Assembly: GCF_006345805.1 (NCBI RefSeq)
Contig: NC_043019.1
Location: 6,695,360 to 6,759,359 of the forward strand
Length of the DNA: 64,000 bases
Source of the DNA: Octopus sinensis
Taxonomy: Eukaryota
Direction of reading: 5' to 3'
The translations under genes were made by a program, and so were the position numbers. The notes beneath the pieces were generated by a model. The model searched no databases. It was not told the origin of the DNA and saw nothing but the letters and a program-made list of their open reading frames with translations. Position 1 is the stretch's first letter. Each line of letters begins with the position of its first letter. Below are positions 25,685 to 39,214 of this stretch, one piece after another.

Positions 25685-25875
25685 AAGAAGCTTGCTTCTG
25701 AACCACATGGTTCTGGTTCCAGTCCCACTGCTTGGTACATTGCGCAAGTGTCTTTTATTATAGCCTCGGTCCGACCAAAGACACTTGTGAGTGGATTTGG
25801 TAGGCAGAAACTACCAAACATCTTTTCACAAGGCTTTGGTAGATGGAACCTGAAAGGTCGTCGGTTATATATATA

Positions 25876-25941
<66 letters not shown>

Positions 25942-25944
25942 TAT

Positions 25945-25976
<32 letters not shown>

Positions 25977-26068
25977 ATATATATATGTATGTATGTATAT
26001 ATGTATATATGTACATATGTATGTATATACATACATATATATATCATACATATAAATATATATATGTA

Positions 26069-26116
<48 letters not shown>

Positions 26117-26335
26117 TAAATATGTATGTATGTATCTATGTTTTTGTGTTTGTCTCGCCACCGTCGCCTCAAAATCGATGTTGGTATATTTATGTCCTTG
26201 CAACATAGCAGTTCGGCAAAAACGACTAATAGAGTAAGTACTAGACTTACAAAGAATAATTCATGCGGACGATTTGTTCGGCTAAATGCGGTGCTTCAGC
26301 ATGGCCGCAGTCAAATGACTGAAACAAGTGAAAGA
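25685..26335 (+). mobile_element. SINE family S2, full length, expanded by an internal (TA)n/(ATGT)n tract
   Basis: Head gtaagaagcttgcttctgaaccacatggttc at about 25685 and tail gcatggccgcagtcaaatgactgaaacaagt at about 26300. Confidence 0.9.
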
Positions 26336-26634
26336 ATAGATAGGTACAAATATGATATTAGTTGACATATGCATGATGACTATGCGAACCCGTAAGAGCC
26401 CCATTGACCGTATTTGTTATGGGGAAAATCCATCTATGTAGACAATTAGGTATAAATTCAGCGATTCAGCTCAGCGTAGCATTTCACCAAAGTTTGAGAA
26501 GCTTGCATTTCGGAGTGGCCATCTTCTCTTCACCTAAATGAAGCGGTAAGGCTGACATGAGAGACAAGTCCTTCTGACATATGTGTGTTTGAGTGTGTGC
26601 GCATGCGCGTGTGTATTGTGTTAATGTCTGTGTC

Positions 26635-26810
26635 TGTCCTCCAGTCGCCCACATACTGACAACTGGTTTTGATTTGTGTTCGCAAACGAGACCGTAAACG
26701 AGATCGTAGAAATTAGTACAACACTTAAATTGATATATACAGGGGGCGATTTGTTGGTCAAGTCCTTCCAGGTGGCGCTGCAGCATGGCGAAAGTCCAGT
26801 GACTGAAGAA
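26635..26810 (+). mobile_element. SINE family S2, 3' part (diverged)
   Basis: gtttgtcc..ctgacaactggt..ggtggcgctgcagcatggc..gactgaa. Confidence 0.65.
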
Positions 26811-27189
26811 AAATAATATTAACAATTATAGATTCATATTTTCGAATGAAGTGGCATTCGATCCGTTGTGCGCAGTAGCTGTTCGGTATTTACTGAGCCA
26901 ACTTCCCATTAATTTTTACAACAAAATATGGAAAAATCTAAGAAGTAGAAAGTTTTAAGAAAAAGAAGTGCGAGAATGTTCTTCAATGCCATCCTAATTG
27001 ATCAATGACGTCACACGCAATCTATGAAGAAAGACAATGAAATTAAGATTTTATGAGAAAAAAGAAAAACGGAAACGCGAAAACAACTCTCCAGTGATCT
27101 AATTTTGGTTGTTGTTTCATTATTATAATCAAGTTATTATGATCAATTACCATTTCTATACAATTTACACGGAAATGAAAACAAAATTA

Positions 27190-27412
<223 letters not shown>

Positions 27413-27416
27413 TTAG

Positions 27417-28805
27417 TGAGGTGACGAACTGGCGAAAGCGTTAGTATTCTTGCTGTTAGTTGAAAACCCTCTGAGGACAGGTTAGCCATTGATCTTTTCG
27501 GAGTCGATACAATAAGTACCAGTTGTGTACTGGAGTCGATGCAATCGACTAACTACTTTCCCTCCCTGCCAATGCTGGCATTGTACCAAAATTTGAAATG
27601 ATTATAAGGCGACGAGGTGACAGAATCATAAGCAGACTGGACACAATACTTAGAGGCAAATTCTTCAGGCTTCACATTCGGGGTTCAAATTGCGCCAATA
27701 AGGATCATTCAAGTACCTGCTTCGATATAATCAGCAAGATGCCTCCACTGAAATGTTAGGCCTTGTGCCTATAATAGAAAGTATATACTACTAACACTCT
27801 GGAATTGCTTGCTTGCGTGCTTGTCTACGCAAACGTTAATGTTTCGGCAATTTTGTGACTTGTTAATATTTCGTACACGAAGCAAAACCAGAATGAAGCT
27901 CAATCATTGTCTATGACTACATGCAAAATGGTGAGAGAACTTTGTGCTGGCGGCATGTCTAAACGTTCCATACTACGGAAATAATACTCGCACCATTTCG
28001 ATTTAACTAGCGTCTGGGCTCGTGCACAAAGGGTTTGCTCGGCCCGAGGCTATAGTAGAAGACACTTGCTCAAAATACCATGCAGCGGAACTGAACGTTG
28101 GTGTTACCTGGGCAGAGGTTTGCGCTCTCTTGAGTCCTCTTATTAATATTATTATCGTGTAAGGCGATGACCTGTCAGAATTATAAGTACTGCGCTCAAA
28201 ACGCTTGACGGCATCTCTTCCGCTTTTTACCGTTTTCAAATTCCGCCGAGGTCGATATTGCCTTTCATCTTTCCAGAGATCTATAAAATAAGTATTAGTT
28301 GAATACTGTAGTCGATGTTATCAACTGATATCTCCCACTAAAATTGCTTGTCTTGTGCTAGAAATTTGAAGCCATTAATATTATTATTATGCAAGGCGGT
28401 GAGCTGGGAGAATCGTTAGGATGCCAGACAAAATGTTCAGCGTCGTTTAACCCTCCTTTTACCTTCAGAGCTCAAATTCCTCCGAGGTCGACTTCGCCCT
28501 TCATCCTTTCAGAATCGATAAAATAAGTACCAGTTAAACACTGGGGGTAGATGTAATCGACTAGCCCCCTCCCCACAAATTTTCAGGCCTTGCGCCTTTA
28601 GTATAAAGGGTCATTATTATTATAAGCTGGTAAAAATGCTTAGCAGCATTTCGTCCTTCTATGTGTCCTGAATTCAAATTTTGCCGAGGTCGATTTTGCC
28701 TTTCATCCTTTTAGAGTCGATAAAACATGTACCAGTTGTGTACTGGGGTCGATGTAGTCGACTCATTCCTTGCCCCAAATTTGCTGGCCTTGTGCGAAAT
28801 TTAAA
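27417..28805 (+). mobile_element. Cluster of five same-orientation S1 SINE copies (about 27417, 27606, 28160, 28393, 28625)
   Basis: Each copy has some of aaggcg..gagctgg..gaatcgttag / caaatt.cgccgaggtcga / tcgataaaataagtaccag / ggccttgtgc. Copies are joined by short att runs. An S2 fragment (-) lies at about 28015-28100. Confidence 0.85.
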
Positions 28806-29627
28806 GTCGATATCATTATGTTGTTAGTATTAATATTATTGTCGTTATTATCACAGATCTGGTTGGCAGTATTTCGTAGCATTAAAGAGAAACATTAATT
28901 TTGGCTAGAATTACATTAAATAATTCTTAATAGAAATCAATATGATAATAATTAACTATATTTGCAATTGAAATTATCAATTCTGCCTATAAATAGCTTG
29001 TCTGACAGCTAGCCGAATTTCCAAGAATTGATCGTTAGAGATTTGCAGTTCGTAATTATGATTCAGCTAATTACAATGATTAGGCAATAAATTAGTAATG
29101 TTCTTCTCGAAGTCTTCTTAAAGTAAATGCTTAATCGATGAGAATTATTAAGGCAAATAGCTGTATGCGAAAAAATAAAAATCTAAATATTCTTAGAATG
29201 CACATTTCGAAAATGGGTGATAAATGGTGTCTTATTCAATCAAAAACTAACACGAACTGTCCTATATCGATATGTTTTCTTTCAACTATATATAACTTCA
29301 CACGTAATTTATTTGTGAAAAATATCTTGCCAGTTAAAATGGCTGCTGTTCTGCTCTGATGTATGCTTCATTGAGTGTGAGAGCATCGTTGCAAAAATGG
29401 TCACAAACATTTTAGATCATTGCATGGCCAGGTAGGCTTCTTTCCGTGCTAAACCACGTTTAGTTCCGTGAGTTACTGAAAATAAATCGAAGCATAGCAA
29501 CAGTGTTTTAAGCAGCAAATTATTTATACCGAATTCTTTGAATGCATAATAATGTGCATACACACATACAGACAACTATGAATGCGTACACACATACATA
29601 CATAGACACAACCATACATATATGCGT

Positions 29628-30145
29628 AAATATGAGAAACTGTACAATTCTGGAAATTAGATGCGCAGCGAGTGTTAAAATAAAGCTGAAAAACAGTGAA
29701 AAAGAGAACACCCACGCTGAAGTATTGAGAAATGTGCAGTTAATCTAACCAGATTACAAGTTTAGGCTTATGTCTGTAATCATTGGAGCTCTGGGATATG
29801 TAACACTCTGCCTAAATACCAATCTTGAGAAATTAGGTTTCTCAAAACCAGAAAGGAGAAAGCTAATTTGAAGACTACAGTCCCCATCCATTACTGGAAC
29901 TCTAAAAATTCTGTAAAACTTTCCTGTTTATCATTGGAATATATATATGAGCATATCTAGATATGCAGCTATATGCATGAGAATACATACATAAAACAAA
30001 ACATACAAATATGCACATACATACATGCATACATACATACATACATACATACATACATACATACGCTGTTGTTGAAATTTCAATGAAGGAGCCTTGGATC
30101 TAGGTTCGAAACCAGTTCTTTCTCTATTGGCAAGAAATCTTGAAC
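29628..30145 (+). mobile_element. LINE 3' end, R4/Dong-like restriction-like endonuclease C-terminus plus 3' UTR
   Basis: CTILEIRCAASVKIKLKNSEKENTHAEVLRNVQLI*PDYKFRLMSVIIGALGYV..LEKLGF matches the RLE C-terminal pattern (IIEV.CP..N...K..EK..KY..L ... P.IIGALG). Confidence 0.8.
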
Positions 30146-30174
30146 CAAAAACATACGTACGTACATACACGCCA

Positions 30175-30388
30175 TTTAGTTGTTTCAGTCCATAGACTGC
30201 GGACATGCTGGGGCACCAGTTTGACGAATTATTTTTGTCGAATGAAAAACTACCCCAATATTCATAAAACTAGTAATTATTCTGTGTCTCTTTTTGCCGA
30301 AGTAACAAGTTACGGGTACATAAACACAATAACACTGGTGTTGAAGCGAGGGTAGAAGACAAACAGAGAAACAAAGGCAGAAACAAAC

Positions 30389-30422
<34 letters not shown>

Positions 30423-30504
30423 CACACACATACACACACACATGGCCTTAGACAACAACATTCTTTAAAGTTATAAAACACAATGCCTCACCACAACTAC
30501 CACA

Positions 30505-30582
<78 letters not shown>

Positions 30583-30595
30583 TATACATGTACAC

Positions 30596-30628
<33 letters not shown>

Positions 30629-30800
30629 CATACGGCGGGCTTCTTTCAGTGTCCGTCAAAGATATCCACGCATAAGGCTTTAGTCGGCCCGAGGCTATAG
30701 CGAAAAATATTTCGCCAAGGTTCTGCGTAGAGGGACTTAACCAGGAAATATGAGGTTTCGGAAGCAATCTTTATACCACACACCCATCCCCACGCCTACA
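30175..30800 (-). mobile_element. SINE family S2, full length, with internal (CA)n/(TA)n
   Basis: Tail gtttcagtcc..gactgcggacatgctggggcacc at 30181 and head ggcgggcttctttcagt..ggctttagtcggcccgaggctatag at 30645-30800. Confidence 0.85.
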
Positions 30801-31814
30801 TACACACCTACATATGTATATTTGAACATTTATAGAAGCTTACATAATGCCACTTACTAAATAAATTCCATTAGCCTGTTTCGTATTTTCCATGGATAAT
30901 GAAATAATGGTAAAATTTTGAGAAAGTTAGTGTTTTCAAGTATGTGGTATCTGGGCTGAACCCTTGCAAAAGTACACATGAACATATGGAGTACGCATAT
31001 ATCAACAGAAACGTGTTTGAACTTCATTGAAGCGGACACTCATATGTACGGGTTTGACATGGTCCCCACAGCATGAATGGAAGTGAATCTCAATATGTTT
31101 GTGCATAAATGCACACAATAATAAATTCAGATATCCCCAAATCCCGAGAGTTGTACCACGTAAAGTCAACAGCATTGAGTTATTGTTAGAGACTTGTTTG
31201 AATATTGCTTTTTGAAAATGACAAAAAATGCAAATATCACACAGAAACATGTCTATCCGTCTATCCACACGAACACTCATTCAATATTATTATTATTTTT
31301 TTTTTTGGTCGGTTGGAAAATCACAAAATTGATTTAAACACGTCGAATATTATGAAAGGCCTGAAACTGTCAAAGGATTTCTTTTCTGAATTTTCAAGCG
31401 ATTAATAAACAACGCAAACAGACACACACGCATGTGCACACGCAATGTGCACGTATACATTTTGCAGAGTGGTGTATATGAGCGTTTGTGTGAATATATA
31501 TATATATATTCATATATACTTCTAATATAAGGATAGAATTTTATTAAAAAATAATATCCTATTATCATATGCCCAGTATATGAATAATACCTTTTAAGGT
31601 GAAAATTATACATGCAATTACAAATAAAGGCAAAAAGAAAAATAATTTCTTCGCCAACAAGCTGTAAAATAGACACTAATTCTTCTAAACGCGTATTTTC
31701 ACTTATAGTATTACCCACAAAGACGATTTAGGTTCTTTGTTTCAGCATATTGGCAAAGAAATTTCTTTTTTTTTAACCTTAGTTATTGGTCTTCCTTTTG
31801 TGTTAAACTTTCCT

Positions 31815-31855
31815 CCGTTTCCAACGAAGAGCTTTGTCCGAGACGTAAAAAGTAC
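31815..31855 (+). ncRNA. Degenerate hammerhead-like copy related to 51285-51322
   Basis: cctccgttt-CCAACGA-A-GAGC tttg TCC-GAGA-CGT-A-AAA versus cctctgttt-CTGAAGA-A-GAGC gtct GCTC-GAAA-CGT-T-AAAC. The core is mutated. Confidence 0.5.
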
Positions 31856-31869
31856 CTCTCTTTCCTTCG

Positions 31870-31915
<46 letters not shown>

Positions 31916-31922
31916 TTCATTC

Positions 31923-32057
31923 AAAAGCAGCAGAAATATAACAAAAGCTGTTACTCAGAGTTTCACGTTCCCGTTCGTCGGGGGTTTTGTTAAAATAGAA
32001 TAGAAATGGTAATGTGAAACTTTGAGTAACAGCTTTCGTTATATTTCTGCTGCTTTT
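31923..32057. repeat. Inverted repeat with 47-bp arms (31923-31969 / 32011-32057), 3 mismatches
   Basis: aaaagcagcagaaatataacaaaagctgttactcagagtttcacgtt versus aatgtgaaactttgagtaacagctttcgttatatttctgctgctttt. Confidence 0.9.
31941..31990 (-). ncRNA. Hammerhead-like motif (core CCGACGA, GGAA tetraloop stem II, GUA triplet)
   Basis: Minus strand: ACAAAA-ccc-CCGACGA-ACG GGAA CGT-GAAA-CTC T GAG-TA-acagc-TTTTGT. Stems II and III pair, the proximal part of stem I is broken, and U4C. Confidence 0.6.
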
Positions 32058-32136
32058 AAGTAAAGCATATTACTCTACCTTTGGTAGTTGAGTACTCTTT
32101 TTTCCACCTTGTTTCACATTCATGCGCTTACTCCGG

Positions 32137-32178
<42 letters not shown>

Positions 32179-32204
32179 TACACATATTCATATATATATA
32201 TATA

Positions 32205-32250
32205 GTGAGAGTTCACGAAAAAAAACAAAAGACGAAGACAGGTGGTGTAC
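32205..32250 (-). mobile_element. Family B tail fragment
   Basis: Reverse complement of gagagttcacgaaaaaaaacaaaagacgaagacaggtggtgtac matches the tail at 39318-39362. Confidence 0.75.
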
Positions 32251-33051
32251 CTGTATAAATATATATATATGTATATATATATATATATGTATATATTATA
32301 TATATACATATTCATATATAGGTATATCTATATATATGTATGTGTGAATATTTATACATACACACACACACGAATGACAATCGTTCATTAGCAACGGAAT
32401 GACTCATCGCCCATTCATCGTGATGTCCATGCATTGAGCTTTTCTACTTTTCATTTCCTAAACAAATCGACAACTGTATTAAAATAAACGACGAAATAAA
32501 ATTTTCATAATAAAAATATCAATTTTATGTGACACCAAGTGACCATTCTTTGGAGGTTATTCTCGACTACTGAACCAATGTGGCATTTCAATAATTAATA
32601 CACTACAACTCATAATTTACACACCTCCAATTTAAATTCGAATTTCTTTCTTGTCGATGCGAATATTCGCTCGCCCATCACGTTTAACGTTTCTGCTGTT
32701 ACTTGCGATAATTAAGAACGCTAATGAGATTAATTAAATTAGGCCATAGATCAATTTTCTTATCGCCAACGAATGTGTCATAAGGTTTAAACAATGGTTT
32801 AGATTATATATCATGCTTTTCCCGTTGATGAATATTATATACGGCTCGTTGATTTTATGTTCTATACGAACTTTTATAAGAATGATAATGGTTTCAAATT
32901 TTGAAGCAAAGCCAGCAGTGTTTGGTGGGAGAATTGAGTTGATTACATCGGTCACAGTGCTCGGCATAATTTGAACTGAGACGGTGAAGACGGAAGATAT
33001 ACGGCAAAGCATTTTATCAGGTCGCCACCTTAGGAACTGCTATGCTAATTC

Positions 33052-33263
33052 TTTCTAATATAGGCAGAAGGCCTGAAATTTGGCGTTGTGGGCACTAGTC
33101 GTTTACATGGACCGCAATGCACAATGGTACCAAATGGTACTTATTTAATCGATCTTGAAAGGGTGGAAGGTAAAATCGAGCTCGATGGCATTTGGACTCA
33201 GAACTTAAAGATATAGCAGCATTTCGTCCTGTGTGCTATGGGTTTTGTCAGCTCTGCAGCCTT
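33052..33263 (-). mobile_element. SINE family S1
   Basis: aggcctgaaattt..ggtacttatttaatcga..gaaagggtggaaggtaaaatcgagctcg..ggcatttggactcagaac. Confidence 0.8.
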
Positions 33264-33462
33264 AGGAACTTTTATTATGATAGTAAAGGGTTCTAATTTA
33301 CACAGAATACCAGTAATTTTGAGGGATGAACCATTTGAGTGGTGCATTATTTCATTTTGGGAACGCAAAGCGAAGTTGAGGAGTTCGAACGAGTATGACG
33401 CGTCATTTTTGTCTCGAAGAATTTTGCAAACTTACTGTGAGTGAAAATGATAATAATAATGC

Positions 33463-33640
33463 ATTCCATTATAGGCGCATGGTCTGAAAAATTTTAGGTG
33501 TGGGGACTAGTGGAGGGGGACCAGGTGTTAAAGACTAATTCTCTCATCCACCTCGGAAAGGATAAAAGACAAATGAGACTTCGACGGAACTTGAAACCAG
33601 AAAACAAAGACAGAAGAAATGCCGAGGCTGTTCTTACCAT
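33463..33640 (-). mobile_element. SINE family S1 (old, diverged)
   Basis: ccattataggcgcatggtctgaaa..cggaaaggataaaagacaaa..gacttcgacggaacttgaa. Confidence 0.6.
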
Positions 33641-34294
33641 TTGGAGTTGCTACATAATTTCACTTCACGAATGCTTTTTAGCAATTGACATTTGGTGCAT
33701 GAGAGAGTTTGATGCAGCTGCCCTCAGAGGAGTGACTAAGCTTAGACTTTTCTTTTATCTTACTAACATGTCATATATCTTTGAATATAAACATGTAATA
33801 CTACTTTTCGTCAATTGAATAAATCAGAAAGATCACAGAAAAGAGGTTACATCGAATTAGATGCGATAGATTTTGATTAAAATCTCGGTTTGCAAAATAC
33901 TTTTAAGAATATTTTGAGTTTGTACGTTTCTTTGTTTTAACATAATTGTAAATTGCAAAATATAACGCATACAAAAAGAAGAAAATTCACGGAAAGGGAT
34001 GAATTGTTTAAACCTTTCAATTAATTAATCATTCAATTAACTAATTAATAAAATTAAACATCTGATGGGAACAGAATTCTTATAATGTTAACATGTTTTC
34101 CATGATATTTATTATTAGAATAATTTTAATGAAATTTCTTTGTTCATGAAGCAGAAAGCTTTTCTGTTTCCTCAGCTACAGAATTCTGTCATATTCTGCA
34201 TCTACAGAGCAGAGACATTAAAAGACGCACATAACCACATGTATATATATATATATACTGATTCACACACATTAACACAAACGACAGACGCTCA

Positions 34295-34438
34295 CATGTA
34301 GCTGTGAGGTAAGAAGATTGCTTCTCAAAAACATGGTTCCGAGTGCTGTCACACTGAGTGGCAACTTGAGCAAATGTCTCCTACTATAGCCTCGAGCTGA
34401 CCTAAGAATTGTGAGTGGATTTGGTAGACGGAAGCTAG
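34295..34438 (+). mobile_element. SINE family S2, 5' part
   Basis: gctgtgaggtaagaagattgcttc..catggttcc..gcaaatgtctcctactatagcctcgagctgacc..gtgagtggatttggtagacggaa. Confidence 0.85.
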
Positions 34439-34683
34439 AGGTAGTAATAAGGTGGCCAACAAGTTCAAACCATTACAGGAAGAGGGTGAGATCGATTGGT
34501 ATTCAGATATACATTACCTAATTACCTAATGATGTATTATGGACATTACTTAATGAGGTATTCAGCGCAAACTTAAGCCTAATATGTTCATTACACTGGC
34601 CGTGTGTATCTTGATTGTGTTGATGGTGGATACGTTTATACTTACATATAGCGGCGTACGTACACTTTTGCTCACCTTGTAAG

Positions 34684-34759
<76 letters not shown>

Positions 34760-35189
34760 GTATATATATATATATGTATGTATATATACATTTCTTTATT
34801 AATAAATATATATTTATATTGCTGTTAAGTGCTAAATAAAACTTTGGAATTTCTCCGTCTTTTTGTTTACAATTGTATTTATATACTTCCGTTTATCATG
34901 TGATTATCTGATACCGAAAATATTGGAATATTTTTCAATATATGAGGTAAAGTTTTAAGTTGATATATTCGTTCTCCGTATGCAACTTAACACATCATTT
35001 ATACATTTTTGATCGCTAACATAATGCTATTTACTTCCAGTCATGAATAGGTTAAACGTTATTTATCGTATGCAATAAGAAATTGTGTTGCATATTGAAA
35101 TGTAATTTGTAAAATTAAATTTTGTTTTTAAAATTTTGATCTATATTTATGAGTGTAATTATATTAAAAACCAAAATTTTAAAGCAACC

Positions 35190-35700
35190 ATGTTTATCAT
35201 TTTGAAGCGGATTCGCTAATGCTGCTGATGTTTTATTTAAATTCAAATCTTCTAATCTGTACATAACGGAGGGAATAACAGCCAAACGGCGCCTTTTTCG
35301 CGTTTCAGGAAACACAAGTCCAGCGTTGGCTAAACATTGCGAAAACGCCTCGAACTATGCGGGTACTGAAGGTGTAAATCGCCTTTCATTTCGTCAGAGA
35401 AACTGGAAATAAGGAGCAGGATCAAGGATCGATTCCACATATGGTGCAGCCTTCATGAAAACAAGTTCTCCCACTGTAATGCCACCTCCGAAGACACTGC
35501 AGTCTGATTATCTGATTTCTTGTATTACCAAAATGTCATAGGAGATCTGAATCAAGTAAGAGCTGCCTGAACATTCCAGTGACGGAGATTTTCACGTTTC
35601 GTAGTAAGATTTCCGTCACTGCTTAATCAACCCAGCTTCGGCACACCAACACAACAAATGGACATTGAAGACTGTCACAGCGTTAACAAAGCAGAAGAAG
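35190..35700 (-). mobile_element. LINE fossil, AP-endonuclease N-terminus (RTE-like)
   Basis: Minus-strand translation gives (T)WNVQ...ISYDILVIQEIR*SD, which resembles TWNVR...YNIDILGIQEVRW. A later LAVI..V resembles L.IISVYAP. Heavily frameshifted. Confidence 0.55.
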
Positions 35701-35724
35701 AGAGGACACCTACGTATATATATA

Positions 35725-35875
35725 TTGAAGGCTCGAAACGTTAAAGACTTGTTTTATTTATATTTCCTGAGCGCCATACTAATACAATTGTTTGTTTGTA
35801 TTCCACCTGCCTTCGTCTTTTGTTTATTTCCGTAAACCTGCCTTCGTCTTTTGTCTATTTTCATAAAGCTTCCCG

Positions 35876-35877
<2 letters not shown>
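35725..35877 (+). mobile_element. Family B element with stem II deleted, flanked by (TA)n on both sides
   Basis: ttgaag|gctcgaaacgttaaagac lacks the agcgtag present in other copies. It carries a ~30-bp tandem duplication of cctgccttcgtcttttgt. Confidence 0.85.
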
Positions 35878-35920
<43 letters not shown>

Positions 35921-36756
35921 ATATCATGTGGTTGATTAGCACGTTTCTTATCACACAGTCACGCCTGTACCTATGACACCCACATAAATATGTCAATCTG
36001 AATGGAGTGCCTGAATGAATACTATTCTCTTTGTACAAGACCCAATCCCGTGCTCCAGTACAAGGCATGTCAGTGTGTTTTCCTCAAGATTCGTACCTTC
36101 ACGGCAACCATCATCTTATGGATAGATTGCTACTGCGGAAAGACATGGATATTCATTTGCATAAACTAAGCGACTCAAAGATTGTTATGGAAGCCATGCA
36201 CGTCGAAGGAAGTGAATATTAAGGACACCTCTGTTCCTCATAGTAAAATGTGTAAACACATTGGCAATTACAATTCAAATAAACCTATTGAAATCTTTTA
36301 CAAATACAGATATTGCCTTACAACAAAATAATATACATATATGCGATATACATCAGTTACACACACACACACACACATACACACACACACACATATATAT
36401 ATATATACACGTGTGTGTGTGTGTGTGTGTGGAAATGCGTTTATGCGTGTGTGTGAATTCATGGGCATGAACTCGGAGCAGTATGCATATCTACACGTTT
36501 TCAATTGAGAGATCATTCTATTGAACAAAAGTTCAAGATACCAGAAGAAGGGAAACATAACTTTACAAACATACCTGCGGCAATTTCTCTTCTGATAAAG
36601 AATATTAAAACTATTAGACACAGCCGCAGGACAAAGGAAATACACTGTCACATGAGAAAAAATAAAACATTTACTTGGTTATGTTTTATACATGGAAAGT
36701 TAACATTGCATAAAATGTAACAAAAAGAAAATGAAAATATAATTGCATTTTGCAGG

Positions 36757-36819
<63 letters not shown>

Positions 36820-36884
36820 TTAAATATATATATATCTTTATCTTATCTTTTTCTTTTTTGCATTTTGCAGGATTATATATATAT

Positions 36885-36941
<57 letters not shown>

Positions 36942-37277
36942 CACACACACACTTATATACATATATATATATATATATATATGCACACAGATATAGTTAC
37001 GAACATATATATGTATATGTGTGTATCTCTATACATGTGAGTGTGTGTATGCGTGAGGGCATAGCTTCCTATATCTGAGTGTGTGTGTGTGTGTGTATAC
37101 ATGTGTTTATATATATGGGAGGCCTTGTGTGTATGCAAATTTCTCTGTAAGTGCGTCCGTTTGTAATATATGATGAGGAAAATCCTTCAGGTTACGTATT
37201 AAAAATAAAATAAAAAAACATTTTTTGTATATTCCTTAATGCTATATTGAACATCAATATTGTTGTTGATATTAGTA

Positions 37278-37336
<59 letters not shown>

Positions 37337-38313
37337 TTATTATTATTATTATTATTATATTTACTATTATTATTGTTATTAGTATTAGTATTATAAGTTT
37401 TTGTTACACGTGCGATTGCTAGAAGCAAAAATCAGCAATGCTTTCTAGAAAACAAGGATTTCAATTGTTGTCGAAGCAAATCGAGAAACGTAAAGAAAAT
37501 GGCGAATTCCCATTCCCATCCAATTGTGAATTTTTTTAATGTTTACTGCATTTTTACTATGAATATGAATATTTAAAAACAAAAAAAATGGCGTTATTTC
37601 TTTCTTTATTTACTCTTTCTATTTGTTATATGTGTTGCGATGCTGTGAAAAATTTATAATAACCTGAAATAATGCAAATGTAAGTAACAAAGCTAACATG
37701 CTATGAATAATTATATTTGCACGCGCGAAACACACCGCTCACGCATAGACAGGAACACATACACATATAGATGCACACATGCACATACACGCTAACCGCT
37801 AGCACACTCATATACAGCATAACGCATACGACACACATAGACATGTAACGCACACGTAGTGTAAATGCACGCACGTACACACGAACATGCCCACAAACAC
37901 ACACAAGCAGGCACACACACACAGAACACACACATATGTACATATGCAATTATGTGTATCGTATTCATACATATATAACAATTACAGATTTAAAAAAGTA
38001 TATGTACATGCACTTGTATGCGTGTGTGTGTTTGTGTTTATAGTCCGTATGTTTTATCAATGTATATATATATATATACATATGCATATATATATATATA
38101 TATAATATATATATATACAGACGTATATACATATATATACATATGCATATTTATATGCACACGCAATTATATATACATATATAAACATATATGTGTTTAT
38201 CATTAATAAATAATTGATATATGTATATTTTCTATCCATATATATAATATATATATATATACATGCAAATATATATATGTGTATATATATACACACACAC
38301 ACACGCATATATG

Positions 38314-38402
<89 letters not shown>

Positions 38403-39132
38403 ACATGGTGAGTGTTTATATACCGATGAAAGGATAAATCCCGAGAAAAAATTCATACATTAACGTTATTCTTTTTCTGTCAATATTGAGTACATTTCGT
38501 ATTCCTAATTCCAAGTCACACCCGTGCAAAATCATTATATACACAATACAGAGATATGTATACGTGCAGACAATTATTTACTATCTCTCCCCTTCTTTCT
38601 CTCTCGTTCTATCAATCTTTATATGTATACTTATGTTAATATACATTATATATATATATGTATATGTATGTACGGACATGATACCCTATCACTTGGGTTA
38701 TCGCAGAAATAACTGTAACACTACAAATTTGGATTGTCTGTGGGTTCAAACCTTACACTTGTTAAATTATTCTAAATGGCCTGAGATACTTGTCCTGCCT
38801 TGGTTTATGCTGACCTTTTCTTCGAACATGATATATAGCTGCTGACACGAAAGTGAAATACGCGTCCATATCTTAAGCCACGGCTGTGAACTTGGAATCT
38901 AACGGATGCACAATCAAAGCAATTACTCAGCATACCTAGTCGTTCACAACTAAACCCTTGATTATATATATACTATATATATATATAATATATATATATA
39001 TTATATTATATTAAATTAGAGATAAAGACACTATTAGGCAAATCATACAATGAAAAACTTAAGCCAATACATAAGATTAATTTATATTATTTTAAATATA
39101 TATCAAAATTATTTAAAAAATATAATTAGTAT

Positions 39133-39200
39133 AACACTATGATCGTTTCATGGCTGTCTAATTCGTAAAAATTCGAGTTACTGTCATTCTTCAGGTGATT
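39133..39200 (-). ncRNA. Degenerate type I hammerhead with long stem II
   Basis: Minus strand: aatCAC-CTGAAGA-ATG..47-nt imperfect hairpin..CAT-GAAA-CGATC(A)-TA-GTGtt. Canonical core. Stem III is one G>A change away from the palindrome ACGATCGT. Confidence 0.55.
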
Positions 39201-39214
39201 GAAATATTTATCTT

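Noticed and set aside
30072-30125. caatga..gaaaccagtt in the R4/Dong-like 3' UTR, hammerhead-like spacing
   Set aside because: The core deviates at three positions and stem I does not pair.
34151-34179. Minus-strand CTGAGGA-aaca-GAAA-AGCTT-T with a 4-bp stem I
   Set aside because: No base pair is possible in stem II, the triplet is UUU, and it is single copy. Plausible by chance.
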